Assembly: GCA_951406725.2 (NCBI GenBank)
Contig: OX597814.1
Coordinates: forward strand, 61,814,001 to 61,878,000
DNA from: Octopus vulgaris
Taxonomy: Eukaryota
Direction of reading: 5' to 3'
DNA length: 64,000 nucleotides
Made by a program: the position numbers and the translations under genes. Every line of letters starts with the position of its first letter. The first letter of the stretch is position 1. Of this stretch, positions 1 through 13,410 are shown piece by piece. The notes under the pieces are model-generated. The model did not search any database and was not told the origin of the DNA. It saw only the letters and a program-made list of their open reading frames with translations.

Positions 1-614
1 AGTAACTAGAAAAATTAAATTTTATTTCTAGAATGAAGTATTTGAAGCATTTGATAGATTCTCATATTTATGAAATCTAACAGAGATAATATATTCACAA
101 AATATCAGAACTATATAGCAGAAATTAGAAAATTATGTTTGAAATGTAAAAATAAAATCTTAAGTTCTGAACTGAGAGAGCTACAGAAGATAAACCAGAA
201 TATAAATCTACGTGATATAAACACCAAATGCTGAATAAATTGTTAGATTGTTTGCCAAGTATTTTAAATCAGTCTATCGTAGTCTCAACTCAAACAGTAC
301 AACCCTTGTAAAAGGTATCATATCATGTGTATGTGTGTGGAGGGGTGTATATGCATGTGTATATGTTAACCACTTGAAGTCCCATGAAAGATCAACTATA
401 TGTAACGTTCTTCCTCTTAGACTGAAAGATTCGACGCGTATAGTGTGTCAAAGGGGTTGCAAGACGATAACGCTACGTAATCCTTTTTTGGGGAATTGGC
501 AGCAAGGATTAACCCATTATAAAGCAATATTGTTGTTTGTTTCTTTTTTTTGTTTTGTTTTTTTTTCTTTGTGTCCCATAAAAGATCGTCGATCGATTAC
601 AAATTGAGTGAGAC

Positions 615-649
<35 letters not shown>

Positions 650-2394
650 GGAGAGAGAATGAAAATTGCTACGGATTAATACAGTATTATTGTAGACTTG
701 CTATTGTGAAGCATTTTTGAAATACTTGTGTGTTTTGGTATGTATTTTTAGGATAGGGGTTGTATATATGGTGGATGCAGGGTGGGAGGGCGGGGTATTT
801 GAATAGTTAGGGTTGTGAATTTGTGTGTGTGTTTTTTTTTTTTACTTTTCTGTTATGTGTTCATGTTAAGAGATAGATGGTAGGTGCGGACAGAGATAGA
901 TGGTAGGTGCGGACTGTACAAAGTTTAAGTTCTTATAAATTAAATGTGTTTGGGGTTTGGGATTGTAAGTTGTGATGGAATTGTTTGGGCTGGCAAGTAG
1001 AGTGTTGGAGGAGACAGCCGGATCATTCAGGATGAGTATGGATACAATTATATATTTATGTATATGCATAATAACAGTAACGGTGAAAGAGGAAAAGTTC
1101 ACAATATCGGTGTTAGAATATAAGTTAATTCGGAAAATGGAAAATGGAGGAGGTCAGAATCTTTTCGATGGTCATTTAGCATTTTCATCTCTTTTCAGAG
1201 ATTCATCAGGAATAATATTTATATGTTTGCAGAAAATTTATGCCTTATCTATATATATATATATCCATATCTATGTGAGTTAGTTGAAAAAATGTAGAAT
1301 TCAATGGGGTAGAACATGTTCTTTGTTATTTTGAATCTATGAGTGTTTATATATGAGTGAGTGTATGTGTGTAAGTATGTGCGTAGTGAATTTTTGTAGG
1401 CTCGGTTAGAGGGAGAAAGAAATGGAAATGAAAGACAGACAGGAAGAAAGAAGGAAGGACAGAAATGAATGAATGAAAGAAAGAAACAAACAAACAATCT
1501 TTACATACACATACATACATACATGTATACACACACACACACACACACAGACATACATATATGAAGCAAAACAGTTTGGTTCAAACCCCTTGGTACTCAG
1601 TGTTTCAAGCGTGACTCTAATCTTCCGCCATTGGAGTCTGAATAAGGGTTTGATTGATGAGAGTCAATGTGTATTACTGGACGTTAGCCTGCGATTGGTC
1701 AAGAATGGTCACACGGTGTCGCAGTTTGATGTTGGTATTTCTGCCACAACAGTTATTTGGAAAATACTGCATGGTGAACAGAAAATCGATCGCGTGATGG
1801 ACAGGAAATCAGTCACGTGGTTAGGGGATCGAGTAAGATGGGGCGGTAGATGTGGGAATATATACTTATATATGTGTACATGTATATGCCCATATATCTA
1901 CATGTATGCATCCGTACTTATATGAGTGTGCATATCTGCATAGATGTACCTTCACACACTCAGACACACATGCACACGAATGCACATTCACACACGTGCA
2001 CGCACACATATACACACACATGCACTCACACACACGCGCGCACACACATGCACACTTTTATCTACATGTAAATATGCATATGAGCACATGCACACGCACG
2101 CGCGCTCACGTATGCGTGCACATGTACATACATAGACACGTGCATATATACACCAGTGTACACACATCTGTGCACATGCATAACGTGAGCAGATACATAC
2201 GCGCACGCACATGCACGCGCGCACGCACATGCACGCGCGCGTGCACATACACTCGTGTGGTTATGTACAAGGGGTGAGAGCATGCGGGTAGACAGGTATG
2301 AAGAAGTGTTAGGGATTGGATATTTTCGGTGCTGTTCATGGGGGTTAGTTGGTGATAGTGACCTTGGTACAGGCAATGCAGTGGGTGGCTGGTA

Positions 2395-3055
2395 CTAAGG
2401 CGGTATATCCGAGTTGTCGGTGGCCAGTAGCTTGAAATTTAACAGAAGGGTGTACTTCTGGTGACAGCAATACGATACTTCATATTTCTCGTTGATGGAT
2501 ACTATGAGTTGGTAGATAATATACTGTTTTTCGTGAAGGCAGAGCCGGAAATTAGGGGCTCCAGGTGAATATGGTGGCGCCCTGTCGGCAATAATCAATT
2601 TGATATGCTGGATGTTTCGTCTCGGGGTCACGTAGTCTCCAAAGAAAGCGCGACAGGGAAGTGGAGTTCTCTCTGTCCTTAGGTCTAAATGAATGCAAGT
2701 GCTATAAATATCTTCCCTTGAAGTCATTGGCTGTCATGCCCACATAGTACTTAGTAATGCTATTGGATGGTTTAAGGGCGGCTCTGTATACTACACCCCT
2801 TGAGAGGCAGGATCCTCCTAGAGGGCAGGTGGTTGTGTTTCGGCTGTTGCAGGTTGGGGTTGGGGTTTATGGATGCATTTTTACGTCTGCTAATGCGTGC
2901 GATGTTAGAGGCGATGTTATCTAAGCAGGAGTAGCTTACCTTCACATTATAAGAGTTAAAGAGTTTGTAATACTTATGGCCTCTGGGGAAATGTTTCTTT
3001 ATTAACGACAGGAAACTCCTGGCTACGTTGGTAGAAACTTGTAGGTTAATGGGGT
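2395..3055 (-). mobile_element. Penelope-like retroelement, decayed 3' part (RT thumb/linker and GIY-YIG endonuclease region)
   Basis: Minus strand reads HFPRGHKYYKLFNSYNVKVSYSCLDNIASNI and YSPGAPNFRLCLHEKQYII...NEKYEVSYCCHQK, typical Penelope C-terminal motifs, with frameshifts. The flank at about 700-2390 may be its UTR/pLTR. Confidence 0.8.
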
Positions 3056-3799
3056 AAAACTGGAAAGCAAGGAGTAGACAAAGAATTATATAGTTGGATA
3101 ATTTTCAAAGACTCAGTTGGCTACGCTTCCAGGAAGAAAGTATAATAACGGTTAGTTCTAGTAAGACCCCATGGAGGAATTGACTAAGGACTGGACTGCT
3201 ATGACATTCCCAGGAACAATGCGAAAAACGCCACTCTAGCACATTGTGAAGAAGCTAGAGAAAATATTCTATTAGTTTTTTGATTTAATCAAACTTCGTT
3301 AATTTCGTACCATGTGCCCTTTTTTCCATGATCCCCTGTCATTTAACCTAGTTATTTTCAATTTTTGTTACATTTCTGATCTTTCTGATATCTAAGGATA
3401 AATATCGATATGTATGGGCCTTTTCTCAAATGTAATTCTGAAGAATTGGACCCAGCTAAATTTGTCTTTTCTATGCTCTAAGAGAACGGAAATAACTTTC
3501 TGAAATAATGTTCCGAATATGTCATAGTGTTTATAATGCGTTTAGAAAAGGTCCTTTGCTTAGCTGATAAAGTTTTCGCAAGGTAGTGAACACGTGTAAA
3601 AGTTTTTCTCAAAGTCAAAAAGCTGTAAATATGTAAATATTACTGACTGTGCTTCCCACTCCTAACGACTTTACACACGAATCAGTGAGGTGGAGTTGGG
3701 CTTTATGTCATCACTGAAACAGCTAAGTTTCTCCCGCCTACAAAAAAGTAGTAGACATTCTGTAAAGTCGTTCCAGAATTAAGCCGGGAAGGTCAGCAG

Positions 3800-3856
<57 letters not shown>

Positions 3857-4453
3857 TTGCTACTGCTACTGCTGCTGCTGCTGCTGCTGTTACTGCTGCT
3901 TTTCTCTGAAAGAGTATAGTACAGCTAATAATCTGCGTCTTGATTCTCGATTAATTTCGATGTCAATTTTCTCCCGTAAATTCAATGTCTGAATGCTAAA
4001 ATGAAATTGAAAAAGAAATCCGAAAGAAATCATTAAATAAATGAATGTCATAATAAACAAAACATACAGACACTCAACGATAGACAGATAAATTGATAGC
4101 AGGTGAACAGATGAATTGCTTGGCAAATTCTAATTGTCCACTAGCTAGTTGAGTAGCAATGAGCTGATCAATTATAAATAATTATAAAATTAATAATAAT
4201 AGTATTAATACTAATATTACTACTACAACTACTACTACTACTACTTATATTAATAATAATAATAATAATGCCCTGATGTAGTACCAGACACTGGCTCTCG
4301 TGGCTTTTGATCTTAACTGATTGGAAGTGTTATGAACATGTTTTGTCTTGGTATAAAAGCTTTGCTTGTCAGTTGTTTGACTAGTGGTTTAACCAGTTGA
4401 GCATGTCCCTTGGTGGCTGACAGTATGTGCATCTCTGATCACGAGCAGAAGTA

Positions 4454-7190
4454 ATGGGGAAGCTGCTAGATATAACTAGGAAATTAGATTCTGTTATCAG
4501 TAGGATATATACTAAAAATATAGGAGACACTAACTTCTTGATCTATGCGGGAGGGGTAGTAGTCACTAGAGGATTAGATATTCCACAAGGAAAGATTAGA
4601 AAAGAGCATATGTGGAAAAGGAAATTACAAAATAAAGTGAAGATTTTAAAATTAGATCTGAGTAGAATAGAAGCCTTGAAACTGAGCAAGTTAGGAAACA
4701 AAAGATTTAAATCTTCTCATGAGAAAAAATACTTAGTCAAAGAGAAATAATTTAGACAGTCATAGAAGAGTTGAAACTGCGTACCATTGCAGTAGCAAGT
4801 AAGCTTTCCAGATATGAGAAAAGAATAGATCAGTGTCAACAAAATAGATTATTTGAGACAGACCAGAGGAGGCGTTATAACCAAATATAAAGTGAAGAAG
4901 AAAGTACTGAAGATGAGAAACCTAATGCAGAAGAAGCAAGAAAGTTATGGTGTAATATTTGGAATAATGATAATGGAGATGCAATATGGTTAAAGAAAGT
5001 GAGGGGAAAGTAGTGAGTTAAAAGCAGCCAGATCTAAGACTAACTAGTGCATTAATAAGTAAAGCATTAGGAAAAATGCCGAACTGGAAGGTTCCAGGAC
5101 TAGATTTAGTTCAAAGATACTGGCTAAAGAAATTTAGTAGTTTATATGGGAGGCTAAGGGTTTGCGTTAATGGAGTAATAATACCAGATTGGATGACTAG
5201 AAGGAAAACTATACTCCTTATGAAAGACAAAAGCAAGGTAATACAGCTAGCAATTATAGACCATTCACTTGCTTACCATTCGTGCAGAAGCTGTTAACAG
5301 GAATGCTTTCAGAAAGCATTTACGAGTACCTCGACAACCAGAGTTTACTGCCAGAAGGACAGAAATGTTGCAGGAAGAAGGCTAGAGAAACGCATGATCT
5401 ATTATACATAGACGAAGCCGTTCTAAATGAAGAAAAATTAACAATAGCATATATAGATTATAAGAAAGCCTACGACATGATCCCACATTCATGGATAAGT
5501 GAATGTATGAGTATATTCAGTATTGCGGACGACATAAGAGAACTGATGAAGAAATGCAAAGTAGATCTCTACTCAGGTGAAACAGTCTTAGAGAAAATTA
5601 ATATCAAGAGAGTAATTTTCCAAGGAGACTCATTATCCCCTTTAATATTTGTCTTATATTTGATCGCCCTCAGTTTAGTAAGACATCAGTTTAGAAATAG
5701 CAAAGTAAAAATTAACCATTTGCTCTGCATAAATGATCTGAAGCTTTTTAGTAAGAATTAAAAAGAGATAGATATCTTAATACGGATTGTAAGACTCTTC
5801 AGCAATGATATAGGCATGGAATTTTGCATAGATAAGTGTGCAATATTAGTCATGAAAAGGGGACAGGCAGTCAATAGCGAAGGCATACAATTACCAGATG
5901 GCTAGACATTAAAATCATTGAAAAGAGGAGAGAGTTATCTAGGAGTATTAGAATCTGACAAAGTACTAACTATAGAAATGAAAACAAAAATTGAGAAGGA
6001 ATACATCAGAAAGGTGAGAAAGCTAACGAAATCAAAGCTAAATGATCCGAATCTAGTGAAGGCTGTAAATACTTGGGCAGTATCGTTACTTGGGTATTCA
6101 GCAGCTTTTGTAGATTGGACAAAATTTCATTAAACAAAGCTAGACAGAAGAAGTAGTAAGGAATTCAATATGAATGGAGAACTTCACCCAAGGGCAGGAG
6201 TAGCAAGATTATACTTACCTAAGAAGGAAGGTGGAAGAGGGTCAATATCAGTAGAAGACTGTGTGGAGTTCGCTAGAGTAGATATAGACTCCTATGTAGG
6301 TAACAGAGAAGTTTATTAAGAGCTGCTAGAATCATAGCAGGAAATAGGGAAACCAAAAAGCCAAATTAAATTAAAAACTAGAAAAAAAGAACAAAAGTTA
6401 TCTGACCGGCAAGAGAAAGCTTTGCATAGTAGATTCCCAAATATAGTTGCAGCAAATAGTAGTAGTGAGACATGATTATGGTTGCAGAAAGGAATGCTGA
6501 AAAGGGAGCAACACAAGATCAAGCATTAAGGATTAATTGGATACAAGCCAAAAAAGACAAAAACCAAGTAGATTCCCCATGAAGGCTATGCAAATCAAAG
6601 GAGGGAAAAGTGAATGTAGCATACTGGCACAGAAAGAATACATGAAAAGACATGGCAACCTAATGAGAGTAATCCACTGGGGGTTATGTAGAAAGCTAGG
6701 ATTTGATCATACTGATAAATAGCATGAATATGAACCTGGTAAAGAACTAGAAAGTAGGAAATATAAGATGTGGGACTTTAACATTCAGACTGACAGAGTA
6801 ATAGAAGCTAGAAGGCCTGATTTAATAGTTGTAGATAAAGAGAATAAAAAATGACCTATAATTGACTTTACAGTCCGAAATGAGAAAATTAATATGAGAG
6901 CTATAGAGAAAATAGCAAAGTACCAGGACTTAGCCATTGAATTATAAAGACTATGGAAATTGCAGGCAAAATGTATCCCAGTAGTTATAGGTGCATTAGA
7001 AACTACCTCTAAAGATTTGAACAAATGGATAGAGGAAATAGGCATAAAACCCAGTTTAGTACAGCTCCACAAAACAATGTTATTAGGGACAGCTAGGATA
7101 CTTAGGAAGGTTCTTGGCATCTAAGGTTACTTGTTGTATCCCGATATTAGGAATTTTTCTTTCCAACAATCTAATCTGTTATGAGCATAT
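4454..7190 (+). mobile_element. R4/Dong-clade non-LTR retrotransposon (RT + restriction-like endonuclease), decayed
   Basis: Broken frames with MPNWKVPGLD, IDYKKAYDMIPHSW, IFQGDSLSPL, INHLLCINDLKLF, WDFNIQTDRVIEARRPDL and KYQDLAIEL. Followed by a (GAT/AAT)n tract. Confidence 0.9.
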
Positions 7191-7263
7191 GAATGATGAT
7201 GATGATGATGATGACGACGACGACGACGACGACGATGATGATAACAATAATAATAATAATAAT

Positions 7264-7663
7264 CAAGGCAAACACGCAGGACATAATCATCAAAGATGGG
7301 AAGAATAAGAAATGCTTAATGATAGATGTGACAGTACCATCAGAGAGAAATGTTTCCATTAAAGAAGTTATTTAAGTACAAAGACCTAGAAATAGAAGTG
7401 ACCAAGATGTGGGGAATGAAAAGCAACACAGCACCAGTGGCGATTGGAGCGTAAGGGCTAAATAAAAAGGTGGTGATTGGAGCATTAGAGCTAATTAAAA
7501 AGGGCATTTGCAGTGTTAACATGGGAGAACTTCAGAAAATAGTCTTGCTAGGTTCCGCACACATTTTACGCCGTGTACTCTCCATGAGATGAGGACCTGC
7601 TGTGACCCTAGGATCAAGGGATGACCCCTGTTCAGCAGAAGACAGCGGACCTTATTTTATTTC
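7264..7663 (+). mobile_element. R4/Dong-clade LINE 3' fragment (REL endonuclease)
   Basis: IKANTQDIIIKDGKNKKCLMIDVTVPSERNV...KYKDLEIEVTKMW, bounded on both sides by (AAT)n. Confidence 0.85.
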
Positions 7664-7713
<50 letters not shown>

Positions 7714-7722
7714 AAAAGGAAC

Positions 7723-8045
7723 TTGTGGCGAGAGTTACGACACCTCCTGCGAGAATAATCTTAACTGAACAGTTATTAATAGTACCGGTTTGAGTGAGAG
7801 ACTGAAGAGAGCAGACGTTAATTGCAGGAAGTCGTAAGGTAGTTTTGGTAATTGTCGGTTTTGGTAATTGTCGTTTTGGTAATTGTCAGTTCGTGTATAG
7901 TTTGTGAAGAGTTTGTTAAATTATTACGTTGCTGTTACCCTGCTTCGTTATATGTTTTTGTTACTACACTGTTATAATGTAAACAAGTATCGTCATTATA
8001 GTGGCGATACTACAATAATTGGCGACGAGGATCTACGTTGCAATA
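7723..8045 (+). repeat. 5' LTR of the Gypsy element
   Basis: Diverged direct repeat of 10666-10979, lacking the first TG; followed by the PBS. Confidence 0.88.
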
Positions 8046-9529
8046 ATTGGCGACGAGCATTCGACGCTTACGCTGGTCAGTTAACAAATTTTTGTGATAA
8101 AAAGCTGTTAATGATACAGCTTCTATAATACAGTTGCAAAAACAGTAGCAAGAACAGCAAAAAGAAAAACAACAATAGTTAATGGAGCTATATCTTCAGA
8201 AGTCTGGAAACACTATTTGTTCGTTTTCGCCAGACGGCGTGTCCAACTCTATAACAGAATTCAGTTATGACCCAGAGGAGGGTATAACGTTGCAGCGTAC
8301 TTTAGAAGGTACGAAGTAATCTTCAAGGAAGATTGCAAGTCGTTGACGGACAACGAGAAAGGAAGACTATTATTACATAAATTAGCATCGGCTGATCATA
8401 AAAAATATTGTACTTTCATATTACCCACCAAAAACTAGTGAAATTTGTTTCCAGGAAACAGTCGAACTACTATCAAAAATATTCAGTGGTAAGAGTTCCC
8501 TATTTAACACTCGATGGGAGTGTTGGAATCTCGTTAAGAGAGAGGATGGAGGCTTTATCACGTATGCCAGGGCCGTAAACCGAATGTGCGAAAGGTTTAA
8601 CTCCTGATATGTTTAAGTGCCTCATTTTTGTACAGGGGCTTACGGCAAACAAGGATGCGTAGATATGTGCAAAAATTTTCACAAAACTTGAACAAGCGGA
8701 CCAAAGTTTAACTCTGAAGACAGTTGCAGAAGAATGGTAAACTTACGTCAGGACGTAAAGAAAATTGAAGAGGAGTTCTCACAAGTACAAGCATGCCGAC
8801 CGGGAAGGTATAAACAATAAAAAAAAGAAAAAAAGAACTGATGTGGAGCCCTACATTTCAGGAAGGACTGTCCTTTCAAAGCGCAAAACTTTTACAGTTG
8901 CCAAAAAGTAGGACAAATGAGCTCACATCACCGAGCAAAATTGGGAATACTAAAAGTCTTCTCAACAGAAAGTAGAAGTGACACCAAAAATTTGTACACG
9001 TAAAAGTAAACGAAGTGAATATTAAATTACAACTAGGTACTGATAGCGACATCTCGAGCGACCAACACGTGGATAAGAATTGGGAAACCTACGTTAAGAA
9101 AAACATCAAAAATTGCATGAGGCGTGACAGGTGAAAAACTACACTTCGTAGGCGAAATGTGGAGTGATATCATATTTCAGGGAAAAACCTGTAGAGCAAA
9201 AGTTTTCGTGATAAAAAACGCAGCCAATCTGTTCGGTACGGACTGGTTGGAATAGTTTGACGTATTGGATCTTCCCATAAGTCTGTACTGTAGAAAATAA
9301 ATGGCTGTCCCAGTAAAAATAACTCATCAGCTGAATTGAAGAAAAAATTAAAAATACATTATGTGTATTGCCATTTTTGCTGCCAGTGACTGTGCAAGAT
9401 TTAAAAAGTAAATCAACGGAGGACAAATACATCATAAAAATGAAGGAAACCTTGAAAAATAAACAAAAGAGAAGCATGAATGCGAACCAGTTTTCACTCT
9501 TAGACAATGTATTAATGTACACACAATAA

Positions 9530-10288
9530 GTGGTAGTACCAACTGCAATACAGAAACGGATATTACATGAATTTCATAGTGGACACCCGGGGATGTCAAG
9601 AATGAAAACGTTGATGAGGAGTTATGTATATTGGCCGACAATGGACCGAGACATTGAGAATCTGGTAGGATCATGTGGAGGTTGTGCGCTAGCAGCCACG
9701 GCACCACCGGTGAAATATCAACCTTGGCCTGAGACTGATAGTCCGTGTCCAGTACATATAGACTATGCTGGCCCAGTGAATGGTGCCTACTACTTGATCA
9801 TTGTTGATAGCTTTACCAAGTGGCTGGAAGTATGTCCGTGCTGTCAATCTACCTCGAAGGCAACAATAAAGTTCCTGCACGAACTTTTTGCTCGATACTG
9901 TATTTTGGATACCATAGTATCAGACAATGGACCACAATTTATAGGGTTAGGGTTAGGGTTAGGGTTAGGGTTAGGATACGAATTCAAGAAATTCTGCAAA
10001 ATGCATACAATGAAGCACAAGTTTACCCCGCCCTATCACCTGAGGTTAAATGAGCAAGCAGAACGATTCATAGATACTGTCATGGGAGCGCTAAAAATAG
10101 GAAGGAACGAAGCGCTAGCTAAATTCTTAAGGGTGTACAGAATAACGCCCAATCCGAATATCTGTTCAGACAAGTCGCCTGCAGAGCTAATGTTCGCTCG
10201 AAATATTAATTCGATTTTCAACAAATTGTTGCCAAAGGAAAAAAACGTGTCGAGAAAATACAAAAAAAGAATTCAACTAAACATTTGA
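9530..10288 (+). pseudogene. Gypsy integrase (HHCC zinc finger + DDE core) remnant
   Basis: HSGHPGMSRMK...YVYWP...CGGC, VHIDYAGP, IIVDSFTKW, IVSDNGPQF, NEQAERF. Contains an in-frame telomeric-repeat insertion. Confidence 0.92.
9942..9975 (+). repeat. Interstitial telomeric repeat (TTAGGG)~5
   Basis: TAGGGTTAGGGTTAGGGTTAGGGTTAGGGTTAGG read directly. Confidence 0.95.
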
Positions 10289-10665
10289 ATTTCGGAGACA
10301 AAGTCCATTTCAAAATACACAAGAATGGTAAAGAGAGTTGGCAGGATGGTGTAGTGACTAAAAGAATTGGCAGCATAAACGACCCCTAAATCAGTTAAAA
10401 CTCAAACATACAGAAGAAAGGAAGGAAATTCCGATGGAAGTGTTTTACAACATGTTCGATGAGTCAACACCGAAAGAGATTGAGCCTAGAAGGAGTAACA
10501 GAAAACGTAAACAGATTGAACATTTAGAAATAATTCCTAAGCGGAAAAAGTATTGAACTCTCTAGGGAAACAAAATCTCAAAAAGGTAGAGGTGTTGGAA
10601 AGAAAGAAAAAAATATTAAAATAAATTTTGTTTCCCTACGAAAGTCGAAATTTCAAAAGGAGAGA

Positions 10666-10979
10666 TGTTGTGGCGAGAGTCACGACACTCCTTGCGAGAA
10701 TGAACTTGACTGAACGACTATAGATAGTACCGGTTTGAGTGAGAGACTGAGGAGAGCAGGCGCTAATCGCAGGAAGTCGTAAGGTGTCGTTTTGGTAGTT
10801 GTCGGAATATCGTTTGTTGGATCTTGTATAGTTCGTGGAGAGTTTGTTGGATTGTTACGTTGTTGTTACCCTGCTCCGTTATATATTTTATTGCTATTAC
10901 ACGGTTATAGTGTAAACAAGTATCGTCATAAATAGTGGCGATACTACAATAATTGGCGACGGGTATCTACGTTACAATA
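10666..10979 (+). repeat. 3' LTR of the Gypsy element
   Basis: Starts TGTTGT directly after the PPT and ends ACAATA before the TSD GAAC. Confidence 0.9.
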
Positions 10980-10983
10980 GAAC

Positions 10984-12005
10984 TGAACCCTAAAAGCGAT
11001 GTCAATAGATTGTATGTAGCTAGAAACAAGGGAGGAACAGGTATTTTAGGATGCAAAACCTGTGTTATCAATGAAGAAAAGAGTCTGGGATGGTGCGTCA
11101 AATAGCTGATTGAACCTTTGGTTGCTGATGGTACCCAATAAGAAACAAGATGGAGAGCAAAGATTGAACAAGTGGAAAGTGAGAGCGATGCATTGGCAAT
11201 ACCTCAAAGAAATGGAAGGGAAAAACAAGACTAATACCTTGAGGTGGCTAAGGAAAAGTGATCTGAAAGGATGCACAGGGGAATTAATATGTAGCGCTCA
11301 GGAACAATTTCTGAAATCTAATTAAACCAAGTTCCAAATCAGTAAGTGTAATGGATTACTCGTTTGTAGGCTGTGTAACATCTAAAATGAAACAGTCTCA
11401 CATATTGTGAGTGGGTGTAGTAAATTGGCTCAAAAGGAATCACAAAAACAGGCAACTAGGTTATGTTAACTAGAGATTTGTGAGAAATACGGTGCTGAAA
11501 GGACATTGAAATGGTACTAGCATAAATCAGATATCATCGAGGATACTGAGTACAAAATCTTGTGGGATTTTACAATCCAATGTGATTCAGTGATTGATAC
11601 TTTGAGACCAGACATTTGTTGCTGATAAAATTATGAAGGAAACCAAGACCCTAGATATTGCCATACTTGGGGATGTGCGAGTTGGTGGTAAAGAACTGGA
11701 AAATACTGAGAAGTACAAGCGCTAAAAGATGAGATTGTGCAAATGTGGGCAATGAAGAAAGTAACTTCATCCCAGTAGTTGTAGAGGCACTGGAAGCATT
11801 AACGACCAGGTTTGAGAAATTTGCTGGAGAAATTGGGATTGAGATGAGGGCAGAACATACTCAGAAAACTGTTTTATTAGGGACTGTGAGGATTTTTGAC
11901 ACAGGTACTGGGATGTTAAGTATCATGAGACTTTTGACGACAGGTAGTTGTCCGCTTTTACAGAATCAGCCGGAGCAAGTGAAATTGAGAGCTTTGAGAA
12001 ATGAA
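10984..12005 (+). mobile_element. R4/Dong-clade LINE 3' part (interrupted by the Gypsy element)
   Basis: LNPKSDVNRLY..RNKGG, ICSAQEQ, CRLC...H...GC zinc knuckle, LWDFTIQCD, FIPVVVEAL. Confidence 0.87.
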
Positions 12006-12047
12006 ATAACAACAACGAAGACGGTGACAACAACAAGAATATCCAAA

Positions 12048-12680
12048 CAGTAAGAGTATTCAGCAAGGATAGTAGAATGCAGTTTGGGATAGATAAGTGA
12101 GCATTAATAATTATGAAGAGAAGACTCTGATGGCATAAAATTACCACAAGACGTCATGAGATCGCTGTGGAATAATGAGGGATACAAATACCTATATACT
12201 GCACGACAAGAGGATAATGGATGAAGAAATGAAAGAGAATTAGGAAGGTGATCGAAACAAAATTAAATCGAGGGAATATAATCAAAGCAATAAATACAAG
12301 GGCTTTGCCAGTAATAAGATACTCTTCTCACTTTCTAACGCGGACAACGGTCGCGTTATGCAACTTGAAGAGAACTATTCAGTCACAATGCATATCGCAT
12401 GCCATCCTAAACGTAATACCGACAGAGTGTATCTACTAAGAAAGGAAGGAGGCAAAGAATCATTGAACGCAGAAGGCATCGTCAGTACTGTGATATTGGA
12501 CTTGAAAAATTAAGTTGTGTGGAGTGAAGAAAGAATACTATCGGTAGCGAGAGATGCCCCTAAAATTGCTGAAACAGCAGTAGAATTCAAGAACAGAAGC
12601 AAGCACAACAGAGGAAGCAAGATAGAAGGAAATGGAATTACGTAACCAATTCATGCAACAAACTGATGATGTTGGAATAG
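12048..12680 (+). mobile_element. R4/Dong-clade LINE internal fragment
   Basis: MQFGIDK, GYKYL, TKLNRGNIIKAINTRALPVIRYS; heavily degraded. Confidence 0.75.
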
Positions 12681-13081
12681 TCCAATGAGATCGCATATGC
12701 CTGCTCCATCGTATGACCCCATGCTCACATCGAAAGCATATTTTTATGTATTTTTATTGCTTTATATATCTTTACACATTTTTTTCTGTATATTACCTTT
12801 CACCCTGCATTTTTTGTGCATGAGCGTATATAGACGTGTATATGAATATTTTTGTGCGCGTATGGGTATATGTGTGTGTGTGTATGTGTGCAGGTATGTA
12901 TATATGTACATGTGTGTGTTTGCATATATACGTGCACATATAGGCGTGTGTGTGGGTGTAGTTATGGAGCCATTGTAGATTTCCGATAAAGCGGATATAT
13001 AATTGTTAAAGAAGCAAACAAACTTTAAGGCAAGACAAAAAATTCAAATCATATACGTTATTATTACTGGAAAAATTCAAT

Positions 13082-13137
13082 GTCTTACAGTTGTTTCTGG
13101 GATATCCCAGAATATAGGATATTTCGTCATCGGAGAC
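13082..13137 (-). ncRNA. Type I hammerhead-like motif (CCGAUGA core variant), antisense copy
   Basis: Near reverse complement of 13355-13410. Confidence 0.55.
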
Positions 13138-13354
13138 AAATAAGGAAAATGAGCAAGGTATAGATTAATGAAATGATACAGAGGACTGGAGAAAGGGATA
13201 AGGAGATGAAGAAAGAGAAGATAAAAGAAGCATAAAAGTTGAACTGTGAACTTTTATGCTTCTTTTTTCTTCTCTTTCTTCCTCTCCTTATTCCTTTACT
13301 CCTGCCCTCTCTGTCGTCATTTCATTCATCTATGCCTTTCTCATTTTCCCTGTT

Positions 13355-13410
13355 GTCTCCGATGACGGAATATCCCATATTCTGGGATATCCCAGAAACA
13401 ACTGTAAGAC
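13355..13410 (+). ncRNA. Type I hammerhead-like motif (CCGAUGA core variant)
   Basis: GUCU-CCGAUGA-stem II (AUAUCCCA/UGGGAUAU)-GAAA-CAACUG-UA-AGAC; stem I GUCU/AGAC. Confidence 0.62.

Larger units (their letters stand above)
7723..10979 (+). mobile_element. Ty3/Gypsy LTR retrotransposon, internally deleted (gag/protease remnants and integrase; RT not seen)
   Basis: Two LTRs (7723-8045 and 10666-10979), PBS TGGCGACGAG at 8048-8057, PPT AAAAGGAGAGA at 10655-10665, 4-bp TSD GAAC (7719-7722 and 10980-10983). Removing it restores the R4 LINE frame MKKELNPKSDVNRLY. Confidence 0.93.

Noticed and set aside
415-450. CTGAAAGATTCGACGCGTA HHR-like string
   Set aside because: Lacks GAAA and stem II, so it is not supportable.
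1580-1652. Minus-strand hairpin with GAAA-CACUGAG-UA resembling an HHR
   Set aside because: Flanking stems exist but there is no CUGANGA core; at best a decayed remnant.
1850-2376. Multiple His/Thr/Cys/Val-rich ORFs (also at 19.4, 35.8-36.3, 60.8-61.4 and 63.3-64 kb)
   Set aside because: Translations of (CA)n, (TA)n and (CATA)n microsatellites, with no splice or domain evidence.
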